NCBI GenBank assembly: GCA_040772485.1
Contig: JAXGYC010000007.1
Coordinates: 1,024,001 to 1,088,000, forward strand
DNA: 64,000 nucleotides
Origin: Sedimentisphaerales bacterium
GTDB taxonomy: Bacteria; Planctomycetota; Phycisphaerae; Sedimentisphaerales; Anaerobacaceae
Reading direction: 5' to 3'
The notes under the pieces were generated by a model. It was not told where the DNA came from and did no database searches. It was given only the letters and a program-made list of their open reading frames with translations. Position numbers and translations under genes: made by a program. Below, piece by piece: positions 10,867 to 21,920 of the stretch. Every line of letters begins with the position of its first letter. Within the stretch, counting starts at the first letter, position 1.

Positions 10867-10893
10867 TCATCGGCCAAATGCCCGCACCGCTGA
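10867..10893 (-). promoter_or_regulatory. putative sigma28-type promoter for parA
   Basis: Minus strand TCAG-N15-GCCGATGA, compared with the FliA/SigD consensus TAAA-N15-GCCGATAA. Confidence 0.45.
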
Positions 10894-11180
10894 ATCCAGC
10901 TCCCAACCAGCGGGCGCAATCCGGGATGCGGGCAACGACACGCCCGATAACCGCCATGGGGGACTGGTTCCGCCTCGGAGCGCCACCGCAGGAACCGTCC
11001 GGCATCGATCTGCGATTCCGGAACCGCCAGCTTGACCGCCCTCGCTGGAGAAGAAGGCAAGAAGAGGAAACGTGAGGTTGACGCGAAACTCCGGGAGCAG
11101 AACCTCGCAAACACCCGTCAATCCCACTCAACCTATAGCACCACGCGACAGTCTATTCAGATTAACACAGGAGGGCCTTC

Positions 11181-11215
11181 AAAAAGCCAGATTCTAATGT
11201 AACAGAATCTGGCTT
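11181..11215 (-). terminator. intrinsic terminator-like hairpin
   Basis: Perfect 12-bp stem AAGCCAGATTCT/AGAATCTGGCTT with an 8-nt loop, running into a T-tract on the minus strand. Confidence 0.7.
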
Positions 11216-11437
11216 CGGAGGAGGGTGATGAAAAGCTAAGTAAACGCCTTCAAAAAAGGCATCCTTGCTCTTATCATCGTAGTGTCCCACGGAAATTCTT
11301 TAGCGAAAAAGCAAGGATACCCAGAAAATACTCACTTCCGTTCAGGAATCAAGGACTAAATCCCGAAATCGACAGTTTTTTTTGGCGTGGGTCTCCCAAT
11401 AGCCTCATTGCCGACCCTCAATCTTTGCATTTTACCC

Positions 11438-11466
11438 TTGCCGAGCCCCACGGGTTCTGCTATTTT
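11438..11466 (+). promoter_or_regulatory. sigma70-type promoter for panB
   Basis: TTGCCG-N17-TATTTT with an extended TG. Confidence 0.5.
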
Positions 11467-11503
11467 CACGGAAAGCTTGTTACTTGTTTCGGACTCCCCT
11501 CCT

Positions 11504-12358
11504 ATGAACAGCCGCATCACGATTTCGGATCTGTTGCAAGCCAAGCGGGATGGCCGTGCCATCGCCGTCGTGAGCTGTTACGACTACACCACCGCGCGTC
11601 AGGTGGGCCAGGCGGGCGTTGACATGATCATTGTCGGTGACTCCGCAGCGCAGCTCATGTTCGGATTCGATTCCACGCTGCCGGCCACGATGGACATCAT
11701 GGTCGCGCTGACCGCCGCTGTTCGCCGTGGCGCCCCCGACGTCTATCTCGTCGCCGACATGCCTTTCCTGTCTTACCAGATCAGTGCGGGCGAGGCGATT
11801 CGCAACGCCGGCCGGTTCCTGGTGGAAGCCGGAGCGCAGATGGTGAAGATCGAGGCCACCGGCGCTCATCTCGACACGATTCGAGCCGTCAGTGATGCCG
11901 GAATCGCCGTGATGGCCCACATCGGCATACGGCCGCAGAGGATCAGCACCGTCGGTCGGTTCCGCGCCGAGGCAACGACAGCAGAGATCGCGATGCAGTT
12001 GATTGACCTGGCTCGTCAGATGGTTAACGCCGGCGCCGCAGCGCTGCTTATCGAGGGGGCGGCCGCGGAAGTTTCCCAGATTATCACGGAGCGGACTGAG
12101 CTTCCGGTAATCAGTTGTGGTTCCGGTCCCGCGTGCGACGGGCAGGTTCTCGTCGCTCCGGACATCCTGGGGCTGACCGACGGGAAACTGCCCAAATTCT
12201 CCAAAGCATACGCAGAGCTGGGACCGCGATCGATCGAGGCATTCCGCGCGTATGCCGAGGAGGTGAAGGCCCGGCGATTCCCCGACAACGAGCACAGCTA
12301 CCACATGAAACCAGGTGAGTTGCAGCGACTGACGGACTTGCTGGGCCGCACGCACTGA
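11504..12358 (+). CDS. panB: 3-methyl-2-oxobutanoate hydroxymethyltransferase
   Basis: CYDY, IVGDS, VADMPFLSY, VKIE, MAHIG, GSG..CDGQVLV..DILG. Confidence 0.95.
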   Translation: MNSRITISDLLQAKRDGRAIAVVSCYDYTTARQVGQAGVDMIIVGDSAAQLMFGFDSTLPATMDIMVALTAAVRRGAPDVYLVADMPFLSYQISAGEAIRNAGRFLVEAGAQMVKIEATGAHLDTIRAVSDAGIAVMAHIGIRPQRISTVGRFRAEATTAEIAMQLIDLARQMVNAGAAALLIEGAAAEVSQIITERTELPVISCGSGPACDGQVLVAPDILGLTDGKLPKFSKAYAELGPRSIEAFRAYAEEVKARRFPDNEHSYHMKPGELQRLTDLLGRTH

Positions 12359-12460
12359 CCACCCCGTGCCCTGCCGGTATAGCGCCGACGGGCCCCGTCA
12401 CAACGAGGCCCGTCGAGTCAATTCTCATCTCTTTCCGTTTGCAGTTCCGCACTGCCGGGC

Positions 12461-15400
12461 TCAATTGCCCCCGGCGGCGACGCTGGCCTGCGGCGTACCG
12501 CCATAAGCGCCCATATCGATCCGCGAATTCACCACCGAAGCGCCATTGACCGTTGTAGGTTCATCCAGGATCGAAGCGGCCGGGTCGCCCGCGTCGATGC
12601 AAGGACTGGTGTCAGCATCCAAAATCCAGACGCCGTCGGCCTCGTCCCAGCGACCGCCCTGACTGCGGAGATGGTAGTCCCCTGCCACCCATGCGGCCCC
12701 CAGCCACTGCCCGGGGGCAGCGAAGAGCGGGTCGGCGTCAATGTTGCCCTCCCCGGACCAGCCTCCCGCGACATCACTGTATGTCACGGCGGCGCGGTTG
12801 TCGTTGATCTGGACACCGGCGCCGTCGCTGTCGTTGAAAAAGATGATCGAACTCGTCCCAGAGGCGCCGGAAGTATCCAGCCCCGCACCCGCGTTCTCCA
12901 CCACGGTGCAATTGGTCAGGAGCGGTCTTCCGCCCAGCATGCCCGCACCGCGATTGCCCGCGACAATGCAGTTGACGAACCTTGGAATGCTGTGACGAAC
13001 CGTGCGCGATCCGGTGGGAATCCACATCTCTACGCCGGCGCCGAAGTTGGCCACAATGCGCGACTGGACAACGTCGGGCCGGCCCTGGTTGACGAGGAAC
13101 ATGCCGTTGCGATTGCCTGTGATGGTGCACCGTTTAATGGTCGGTCCGGAGGCCGATACGAAAATTCCCGCGTTTCCTCCCCGGATGGTCATGCCGTCGA
13201 GGATGCTGTCACTTTGCTCTTCGGAGTCAAACGTCACGATATTGGCCGATCCCTCAAGGACCGTCGCGGCCACGACCGCCGGATCGTCCGGGGCGGCCGA
13301 CCGCACCGTCAACGCTTTGCCGAGGAAATGGATCGATTCTCGATAGACGCCCTCGGGCAGCACGATTTCGTCGCCGGCGCCGCCAGAGGCGATTGCGTGC
13401 TGGACGTAATCGTAGCGTTGGCCCGTGGTGGCGTTCTGAACCGTCCCGTCAAAGACGGCGTAGCCGAATGCCAGTCTCAGACCCTGGACCGATCCGTAGG
13501 AGCTCAGCCACACCAGCGAGGTGCCCTCCAGGGCGGGCGACAAACCGTATAGCGTGGCAGGCAGGCCCAGATTCATCACGCCGTGGTTGGCCGTGATACA
13601 CGCCAGCCGGATCTGGCCGCCGGACTCCTCGCCATCCAGATAGGCAACCATGCAGCCGTCCACGGCCGGCTGTCGCTGTCCCTTGCGACCTTTGGCGATC
13701 TCGAACACCCTGACATGATCGGGATCAAGAATCTCGGCCCCGTAGATATCACCCTGGTCGTTGCGCTCGTCGGTCCAGACGACATATCGCCCCGAGACCG
13801 CCGGGTCGCGCTGGCGAGCCGGGTCGTTACAGACGGTGAATACCTCGATGTTGTTCAGGTCCGCGATGTTGGCGGCGTAGATGTCGCCGTTGCCTTCCCA
13901 GACCACGAGATCGCCGGAAATGTCAACCACGTCGTCATAGTCGTTGGCTGGGCTCTGATACGGGAACGGGTCTCTACGGCCCACATTCGTGGCGACCGTG
14001 AAGTAGACGGGATTCTTCGGATCGCTGATGTCGGCGCCGCAGATATCGTACGGCATGTTGGCCCATTGGCCCGCGACGTTGCGGTCAATGCCCGCGTGCT
14101 GGACCCAGACGACCTTGTGGCCTGAAATAGCCGGGTGGCTGTAGGATTCATAGTCCGTGTACGGTCGCAGGGTGATGTAGTCTTCGGCAGCAAGATCGCG
14201 CAGGTAGATCCCCGTGCACATCCGCGTCAGAGACCCGCCGACGGGCGCCCCGCCCGCCCAGACGACCAGATTGCCGTCTACCTTGGGCTGTGCGCTGAAC
14301 CCGCCGGCCGAGAATGTCTCGGTCAATCCCGTTGCGAAATCCGTCCAGGCGATCCGCCAGTTGGAGGTCCCCGGGTCCGCTACGGCCACGATCCTGGTTC
14401 CGGAGACGTCGGCATAGCGAGGGGTCTGGTTGCTTATCGGTTCGATCGCCAGCGTCCGCAGATCGGTCGTCGCGCGCACCGCCACAAGCGTCACCTGACT
14501 GGACTCGCTGTCGCCGAACCCATCGCTGACGACCAGTTCGAAGGTGTAGGTTTCACCCGGCTGGGCCTCGAAGACCGGCGTGGCGCCATCCGGACTCTGC
14601 AGCACTACACTCGGACCGGCCAACTGGGTCCAGGTGTAGCTCAAGTAGTCGACCGGGTCGGGGTCGTACGAACCCGTTCCGTCCAGCGTGATCTGCCCGG
14701 GGGCCTGCCAGACACGGTCCTCGCCGGCGTCGGCCACAGGCAGAACGTTGGGACCGACGTAGACCAGGACGTCGTCCGGACCACTGGAGTACCGGCTGTC
14801 GGCCACCACCAGCCGGAAGGAGTAGTTGCCCTCGGCTGGAGCAACAAACCAGGGCATAGCCGAATCGGCGCCTTCGAGGACCACATTCGGTCCGGCGACC
14901 TGCGTCCACTGATAGCTCTGGATGTCGAACGAGTCATAGAAGAAGCTGCCGGTGCCGTCAAGCGCAACAGTTTCGTTCACGGCCAGAACGTGGACGTCCG
15001 GACCCGCCGAGGCGACCGGCTTGACGTAGCCGACGTATTCATCGGCTCCCATATCGATTCGGGCGGCGTAGATGCGTTCCTCGCCGTCCATGTCCGTCTG
15101 GCCGGCCGGAGCGATGAACTCCGGATCACCCCCGTTGATGCAGGGCGACTCCAGGGTCAGGTGAAAGTTCTTGCTCGCCGGGGACAGAAACTGTGGATTC
15201 TCGGAGATGTTGCCGTTGAGGCCGGTCAGGTCCCCGTCCCCGTCGTACAGCACGGAATAGGTCTGCGGGTCGATGCACCCGTAATTGCCCGGAGAGTTGC
15301 CCCAGACGTTGTTGTATGTCACAGATGAATAGTCCAGATCGCCCTCCCAGAACAGGCCCCCGCCGGAACGGGCATCGCTGATGACGTTGTTGGATACCCG

Positions 15401-16201
15401 GAGATACCCGAACTCCGCTGCGGGGACGAGATAGAGGTTGCCGCCCATGCCCGTGTCCAGCCCGATGCCGAGCGTCGATCCGAAATCGCAGTCATTCCGC
15501 ACGATGGTGTTGTTGTAGACCGAGCCGGCAAACACAATCACACCGCCGCCCAGATACGCGGAGTTGTCAAAGATGACGTTGTTGTGGACCGTGGGTTCTC
15601 CGAAGTAACCGATCATCCCGGCCCCGACATAGGCGCTGTTGTTTCGGATGGTGTTGTACGTGACGATAGGACTGCCCTGCCAGCAGCCGATCCCCCCTCC
15701 GAAGCACAGGTCGACCTGCATCTCGTTGTCGGCGATCCGGAACAGACCCGCGTTGCGAACAATCACATTCTTCGTGATGGTAGGTGAGCTGTTGCTACAG
15801 TAGATCCCGGCGCCCATGTAGAGCCTCTCGGTAGTGCTCCCGCCCAGTTCGGGATGGTAGGTGCCGGTGCCGCCGGTGATCGTGAAACCGGTCAGCACCG
15901 CCCGCGTGGTTTCGCCTTGGGCAAACGTGACCACCGAACCTTCGCCATCGGCGTTGAGAACCGTGTAGCCGACCACCCTGGAATCGTCAGGGTCCGTGCT
16001 GGTCACCGTGATATCCTTGCCGCGGAAGTTGATCGTCTGAAAGTAGACCCCGGGCGCCACCAGCACGACGTCACCGTCTTCGGAGGCATCGATTCCCGCC
16101 TGAATGGTCGCGTACTGGCTGGGGACCTTGCGCGTCTCGCCGTAGCCGGTCCCCATGCACATACAGACAACAAGAGCCCCGAATAGACCGATCCTTTTCA
16201 T
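12461..16201 (-). CDS. large secreted protein: two parallel beta-helix modules, two PKD-like repeats and beta-propeller repeats
   Basis: Signal peptide MKRIGLFG..., duplicated modules (SPCINGGDP/SPCIDAGDP, RIDMGA x2), PVAxAGxD...LDGTGSxxxD x2, DPAVSGRYVVWTDERN-type repeats. SD GGTGAGG. Confidence 0.85.
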   Translation of the reverse strand: MKRIGLFGALVVCMCMGTGYGETRKVPSQYATIQAGIDASEDGDVVLVAPGVYFQTINFRGKDITVTSTDPDDSRVVGYTVLNADGEGSVVTFAQGETTRAVLTGFTITGGTGTYHPELGGSTTERLYMGAGIYCSNSSPTITKNVIVRNAGLFRIADNEMQVDLCFGGGIGCWQGSPIVTYNTIRNNSAYVGAGMIGYFGEPTVHNNVIFDNSAYLGGGVIVFAGSVYNNTIVRNDCDFGSTLGIGLDTGMGGNLYLVPAAEFGYLRVSNNVISDARSGGGLFWEGDLDYSSVTYNNVWGNSPGNYGCIDPQTYSVLYDGDGDLTGLNGNISENPQFLSPASKNFHLTLESPCINGGDPEFIAPAGQTDMDGEERIYAARIDMGADEYVGYVKPVASAGPDVHVLAVNETVALDGTGSFFYDSFDIQSYQWTQVAGPNVVLEGADSAMPWFVAPAEGNYSFRLVVADSRYSSGPDDVLVYVGPNVLPVADAGEDRVWQAPGQITLDGTGSYDPDPVDYLSYTWTQLAGPSVVLQSPDGATPVFEAQPGETYTFELVVSDGFGDSESSQVTLVAVRATTDLRTLAIEPISNQTPRYADVSGTRIVAVADPGTSNWRIAWTDFATGLTETFSAGGFSAQPKVDGNLVVWAGGAPVGGSLTRMCTGIYLRDLAAEDYITLRPYTDYESYSHPAISGHKVVWVQHAGIDRNVAGQWANMPYDICGADISDPKNPVYFTVATNVGRRDPFPYQSPANDYDDVVDISGDLVVWEGNGDIYAANIADLNNIEVFTVCNDPARQRDPAVSGRYVVWTDERNDQGDIYGAEILDPDHVRVFEIAKGRKGQRQPAVDGCMVAYLDGEESGGQIRLACITANHGVMNLGLPATLYGLSPALEGTSLVWLSSYGSVQGLRLAFGYAVFDGTVQNATTGQRYDYVQHAIASGGAGDEIVLPEGVYRESIHFLGKALTVRSAAPDDPAVVAATVLEGSANIVTFDSEEQSDSILDGMTIRGGNAGIFVSASGPTIKRCTITGNRNGMFLVNQGRPDVVQSRIVANFGAGVEMWIPTGSRTVRHSIPRFVNCIVAGNRGAGMLGGRPLLTNCTVVENAGAGLDTSGASGTSSIIFFNDSDGAGVQINDNRAAVTYSDVAGGWSGEGNIDADPLFAAPGQWLGAAWVAGDYHLRSQGGRWDEADGVWILDADTSPCIDAGDPAASILDEPTTVNGASVVNSRIDMGAYGGTPQASVAAGGN

Positions 16202-16596
16202 GTCCTCACCTTTCTCATAGATCCGCACGCAGTGAGCCGCACCGATTGGAGATCAACCTGCCTCCGATAGTAGGCTGAACCTTTGTTTATACTCGAATTC
16301 GCGCGTTTTTTCAAGTGATTCAGGTTGCAGCGCTCGCCCCCCGGACAACGAATCGCGCGGCTGCCACCCTTCTATAGACGGCTTTGCCGGGCCGGCATTG
16401 CGCAGAAAGTGGCGGATTCTGTGGCCGCCAGCCTCCTCTCAACCCGGCCGGGCCAAGCGGAACCGCGAGAATCAGTCCTTCCGGTCTTGCTCGCGGCAGT
16501 CTATATGCGGAGTGTTACCGAGTTGTTACGAAACTGCGGATTCTGCGCGATTTCTGGAGGATTTCCCGCATCCCGACACCGGCCGGCTGCGGTAAG

Positions 16597-17358
16597 TCAA
16601 CCCTTGCCTCGATCCGGAACGGGCAGACCCAATTCGACGAGGACTTTTTTCATGTCCTCCCAGACGCGTCGCCGGGTGTCCGGCGTGTAGTTCCGCAGGA
16701 TATAGGCGGGATGGTAGGTCGCCATGAGCCTGATAGTGGGCTGCCCCAAGCCGGGCGAATACTCCTGGAACTGGCCCCGGAGCTGACCGATGGACTTCTC
16801 GGTGTCCAGAAGGGTCCTGGCGGCATGGGCCCCGAGGGCTACGATGACTTGGGGCCTGATGATCTCGATCTGCCTCTGCAAATATGGCAGGCAACTGAAA
16901 ATCTCCTCCTCGCGGGGGTCGCGATTGTCCGGCGGGCGACATTTGAGGATGTTGGCGATATAGACGTCTTCGCGTTTGAGGCCACAGGCGGCGATGATCT
17001 TGTCCAGAAGCTGTCCGGCCCGGCCCACGAACGGGCGGCCCTGCGCGTCTTCATCCGCCCCAGGGGCCTCACCGACAAACATGATCCGCGCATTCGGGCT
17101 GCCCTCGCCGGGCACACCGTGCGTCCTGGTAGCTCCCAAGCCGCATTTGCAGCATTGGCGGACTTCCGTAGCGATGGCCTCCAACTCCTCGGCCGCGTTG
17201 GAACTGCGTGCTGCGACGGTAGGCTTCTCCGGTGGCGCGGGGTGGAGTGGCTCGACGGATTCTCTCGCCTTGGCGCCGCGGATCACATACCCGGTGAAGA
17301 ACCCCTCCATTTCGAGGTGCTGGCGAACCACCTTGTCCGTGTCGACTTCCTTTGGCAT
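16597..17358 (-). CDS. family-4 uracil-DNA glycosylase (Fe-S)
   Basis: CxxC, VGEAPG..ED..GRPFVG, KCRPP.NR.P, TYHPAY. Confidence 0.93.
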   Translation of the reverse strand: MPKEVDTDKVVRQHLEMEGFFTGYVIRGAKARESVEPLHPAPPEKPTVAARSSNAAEELEAIATEVRQCCKCGLGATRTHGVPGEGSPNARIMFVGEAPGADEDAQGRPFVGRAGQLLDKIIAACGLKREDVYIANILKCRPPDNRDPREEEIFSCLPYLQRQIEIIRPQVIVALGAHAARTLLDTEKSIGQLRGQFQEYSPGLGQPTIRLMATYHPAYILRNYTPDTRRRVWEDMKKVLVELGLPVPDRGKG

Positions 17359-17364
17359 GGCAGT

Positions 17365-17393
17365 ATTGTATTGCCGCCGGCAGGCACACACAA
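17365..17393 (-). promoter_or_regulatory. promoter for a probably leaderless udg transcript
   Basis: TTGTGT-N17-TACAAT ending 6 nt before the ATG at 17358, with no SD. Confidence 0.6.
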
Positions 17394-17437
17394 CGAAAAA
17401 CACGGCCGGCATCCTCGTGGAGCCGGCAGCAGAAGAC

Positions 17438-17470
17438 AAAAAAAAGGGCGCCCTTGAAAGAGGCGCCCTT
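17438..17470 (-). terminator. intrinsic terminator of gdhA
   Basis: AAGGGCGCC...GGCGCCCTT hairpin running into T8 on the minus strand, just after the gdhA stop. Confidence 0.85.
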
Positions 17471-17495
17471 CAGCACTTGAAAAGCGGGCCTTGTC

Positions 17496-18950
<1,455 letters not shown>

Positions 18951-19044
18951 TCAGGGGGCTTGCAACAACAGGTCAAATGCTGATATGTCCTATCACAAGA
19001 CCTTATATTATACGGTGGACTGCTAATAGTCCGCTGTCATCGGC

Positions 19045-21627
19045 TCACTCGAAGAGACACAGGGCCTGCTGAGAAACCACGTCGGCCAGCATCCGAAGTC
19101 GGCCCTGCGTGATGTCGCAGACCCTGACGACATCCGCGTATCTGGCTCTCTCCGGCATCAAGTCCTCCAGGCGGTTCGGCATGTTCTCAAGCAGGGCCTT
19201 GTCGAAGGCGAAGCCTTCCTGCCGGGGAAACACGGCGACGTAGAAGATGTCCTGTTCGACCAGATCCTGAAAGAAATGGGTGCCAAACGACAGCTCCGGC
19301 ATCAGATTGCCGCCCTCATAGGCCAGCTCGCCCAGCACAGTGATGTTGTTGATCTCCGAGAAACTGACCGGCACCCCGAGTGAGGGCGTGGTGGTTCCCC
19401 ATCGGCCGGGCCCCAGGAGCATCGTGGGCATCTCCAGCCGATCGGGAATCTGGCGGTTGAGATTCCCGACGAGGCGCGCGATGTCGTACTTCTGCGTGAT
19501 TGGCAGGGGATCGTAGCCTTCCGGCCGGACGTAGATGATTCTCCTGAGATCGACGGAGATGCTCCCGCCCATGAAGTACCCGTCGCAGCGGAAGAGAACC
19601 TTGGCCGGATCGATCTGCGAAGGAATCTCCACGTGCGGCTGCCGGCCCTTGGTTTGCAGCGGACGACACTGGAGCACGTTGATCACAGGCGTTCCCGCTT
19701 CCGTGAAATTCACCGTGAACTCGACATCGACCGGGTATTCGTAGCTCCTCTCGAGAGTCTTCAGGATCGTCTGCATGTTCTGCACGAAGGACGTCTCGGT
19801 CAGAAGCTTCTCAAAGGTCAGGAGCCAGTACTGCTGACTGCTGCCCAAGGCCCTGGCTCGCTCGGTCATCTCGTAGTCCGCCGTCGCCATGAGGTCCGTC
19901 CGGATGTCGAGCCCCTCCTCGAAGACCTGACGGACGGGGACTTCGCGGAGGGCGTTCTCGTTGATGTCCAGCAGGTCCACATGATGCTGGGAAAACCGCC
20001 GGACGTCGTCCATCCCGCGTACGGGTCTCATCAAGGGAGCGTCCAGCGCCAGAACGCGCGGATAGTCGTTCTCCACCCGGTTCACGGCGCGCGTGCCCAA
20101 CCCGAGCACCAGCCGCACCATGCCCGCGTTCGGATCAAGCTGCGGATTCCAGGCGAGCGTGTTCTGAGAGACCCCGACGCCGGCCAGATCGGGGAAGAAG
20201 TACGATTTCCGATACGACCCGCTCACCCGCTGCACGAGCAGCGCCATCTGTTCATCGTGCTGGTCGAGCCCTCTCTGCAAGCGATACGTCAACGCGTCTC
20301 TGTTCATCGTGCTCGAGTAGACGCGCCGAACGAAATCCTCGAAGCACGCCATCCGTTGTTCGGGATCACCCTGATTGACGCAGAAAAAACTCTCGTACTT
20401 TCCCGCGAACGCATTGCCGAACGCGTCTTCGAGCAGGCTGCTCGAACGAACGATGATGGGGGACTGGCCGAAGTACTCGAGCATCTCCTGAAACTCATCG
20501 CGAATCTGCTCCGGGAATTTGCCCGTGAGCATCTTCTCCTTCAGCTCGGCAGCCACCTCGAAGTAGCCCTCCCTGGTCTTCTGGGCCATGCGCCGCTTCC
20601 ACCAGCCGTTCTCGACGATGTAGGTGTAGAAGACGTCGGAGCCGACATAGAACGAATCGTGTGGCTCCAGATGCCCGCTCTGGGCAAAGGCCGGGTCTGT
20701 CGTGAGAATCTTGTTGGCGAGCAACATCCCGACCGCTTTGCCGCCGATGAAGCCGGTTCCAATCATCCGGCTCTTAATCTCGAGTAGATCATCGAGCGTG
20801 AAATGCTTTTGGGCCAGCGACAGGATCCGCTCCTCGCGCCCGATCATAATGCGGCACAAGTGCTCGACGGTCTGCTCCTTGTCCAGGGCGGAAGCGGACT
20901 CGACCTGGCTCAACTCCTCGGCTCGCAGGAACAGGCGGTCCCAGTGATCCAGCTTGCGCTGCATCGATTCGCGTCCGCTTTCGGAGATGTGCGAAATCAG
21001 CTTCGTCGCATTCACGCTGCTGGTGATCGGCACGAAGCGATCGCCTTGTTTCAGATGCGGCAGGAACATGGTGGGTGCATAGCGACGGAAGACTTTCAGT
21101 GGATGGACATAGATGCTCCCCTTGAAGTTGTAAAGGTCCAGCAGCAATTGCGTCGTTTCACGGATGCGGGCAATGGTCTTGTACGAATGGCTGTTGCGCA
21201 GGAGTCCGAAATAGGCGATGGTGTCCAGCTCATACAGATAGGGACAGGTGATTCCGAAGAAGTTGCCGATCATCAGGTCGCTGGCCCAGGCGCTGAGCAG
21301 GTCGGAGAGGCAATCGAAAACATAGTACGCCCCCCTGCCGTGGTCGGAGATGATCCGATGGACCTGGGTGGAAAACGTCTCGAAGCCGGCGTACGCATTC
21401 AGCGAGTGCGTCGTGATCCCACCGTCGGCGGACACCAGTGGCTCATGGTCGGCGAATCTCACGTAGACGATCTTGCGGCCGTCCTGTCTGGCCCGCTCGA
21501 CATACGAATCGATGAAAGGCCGCAGATCAGCAATACTGTCGACCTGCCAGACAACATTGTCCCCTTCCCTCAGGTAGTCGATCACCGTATCGAGACCCGT
21601 CAAGCCGGTGCTCAACTTCGTCGCCAT
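19045..21627 (-). CDS. PEP-synthase/PPDK nucleotide-binding-domain protein lacking the pyruvate-binding barrel; function unknown
   Basis: IGGKA, VRSSSLLED..FAGKYES, DVEF and LQCRP (PPDK_N ATP-grasp motifs). N-terminus STGLTGLD is RecA/KaiC-like; C-terminus carries SFGTHFF. Confidence 0.8.
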   Translation of the reverse strand: MATKLSTGLTGLDTVIDYLREGDNVVWQVDSIADLRPFIDSYVERARQDGRKIVYVRFADHEPLVSADGGITTHSLNAYAGFETFSTQVHRIISDHGRGAYYVFDCLSDLLSAWASDLMIGNFFGITCPYLYELDTIAYFGLLRNSHSYKTIARIRETTQLLLDLYNFKGSIYVHPLKVFRRYAPTMFLPHLKQGDRFVPITSSVNATKLISHISESGRESMQRKLDHWDRLFLRAEELSQVESASALDKEQTVEHLCRIMIGREERILSLAQKHFTLDDLLEIKSRMIGTGFIGGKAVGMLLANKILTTDPAFAQSGHLEPHDSFYVGSDVFYTYIVENGWWKRRMAQKTREGYFEVAAELKEKMLTGKFPEQIRDEFQEMLEYFGQSPIIVRSSSLLEDAFGNAFAGKYESFFCVNQGDPEQRMACFEDFVRRVYSSTMNRDALTYRLQRGLDQHDEQMALLVQRVSGSYRKSYFFPDLAGVGVSQNTLAWNPQLDPNAGMVRLVLGLGTRAVNRVENDYPRVLALDAPLMRPVRGMDDVRRFSQHHVDLLDINENALREVPVRQVFEEGLDIRTDLMATADYEMTERARALGSSQQYWLLTFEKLLTETSFVQNMQTILKTLERSYEYPVDVEFTVNFTEAGTPVINVLQCRPLQTKGRQPHVEIPSQIDPAKVLFRCDGYFMGGSISVDLRRIIYVRPEGYDPLPITQKYDIARLVGNLNRQIPDRLEMPTMLLGPGRWGTTTPSLGVPVSFSEINNITVLGELAYEGGNLMPELSFGTHFFQDLVEQDIFYVAVFPRQEGFAFDKALLENMPNRLEDLMPERARYADVVRVCDITQGRLRMLADVVSQQALCLFE

Positions 21628-21825
21628 GGAAAGACCTCACCTTCTTGCACTCGCCGACCTCGGTGGAGGGCCCAGTCCGTCTTCATCCCACCACGAGGGT
21701 GTGCCTCGGACCTGCACCACTCTGTAGAACTCAATAAGGGCAACAACAACAAGCACTTATCCCATTTTCGCGAATGTGGAAACAGCCCATCTGATAAGCA
21801 TATCTGATATTGATTTCAGGAGAGC

Positions 21826-21854
21826 TTGCCGTGTTGGCCCAAGTGCGGTATCAT
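21826..21854 (+). promoter_or_regulatory. sigma70-type promoter for the LysR gene
   Basis: TTGCCG-N17-TATCAT. Confidence 0.55.
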
Positions 21855-21920
21855 TGTAGCTTGTCGAGCGATCTGCAGCCAATGGCGAAATCGCGATAGC
21901 AGGCATCAGGGTGACTTATA

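Noticed and set aside
10854..11131. Short minus-strand ORFs upstream of parA
   Set aside because: No good SD, atypical composition and no recognisable similarity. More likely untranslated.
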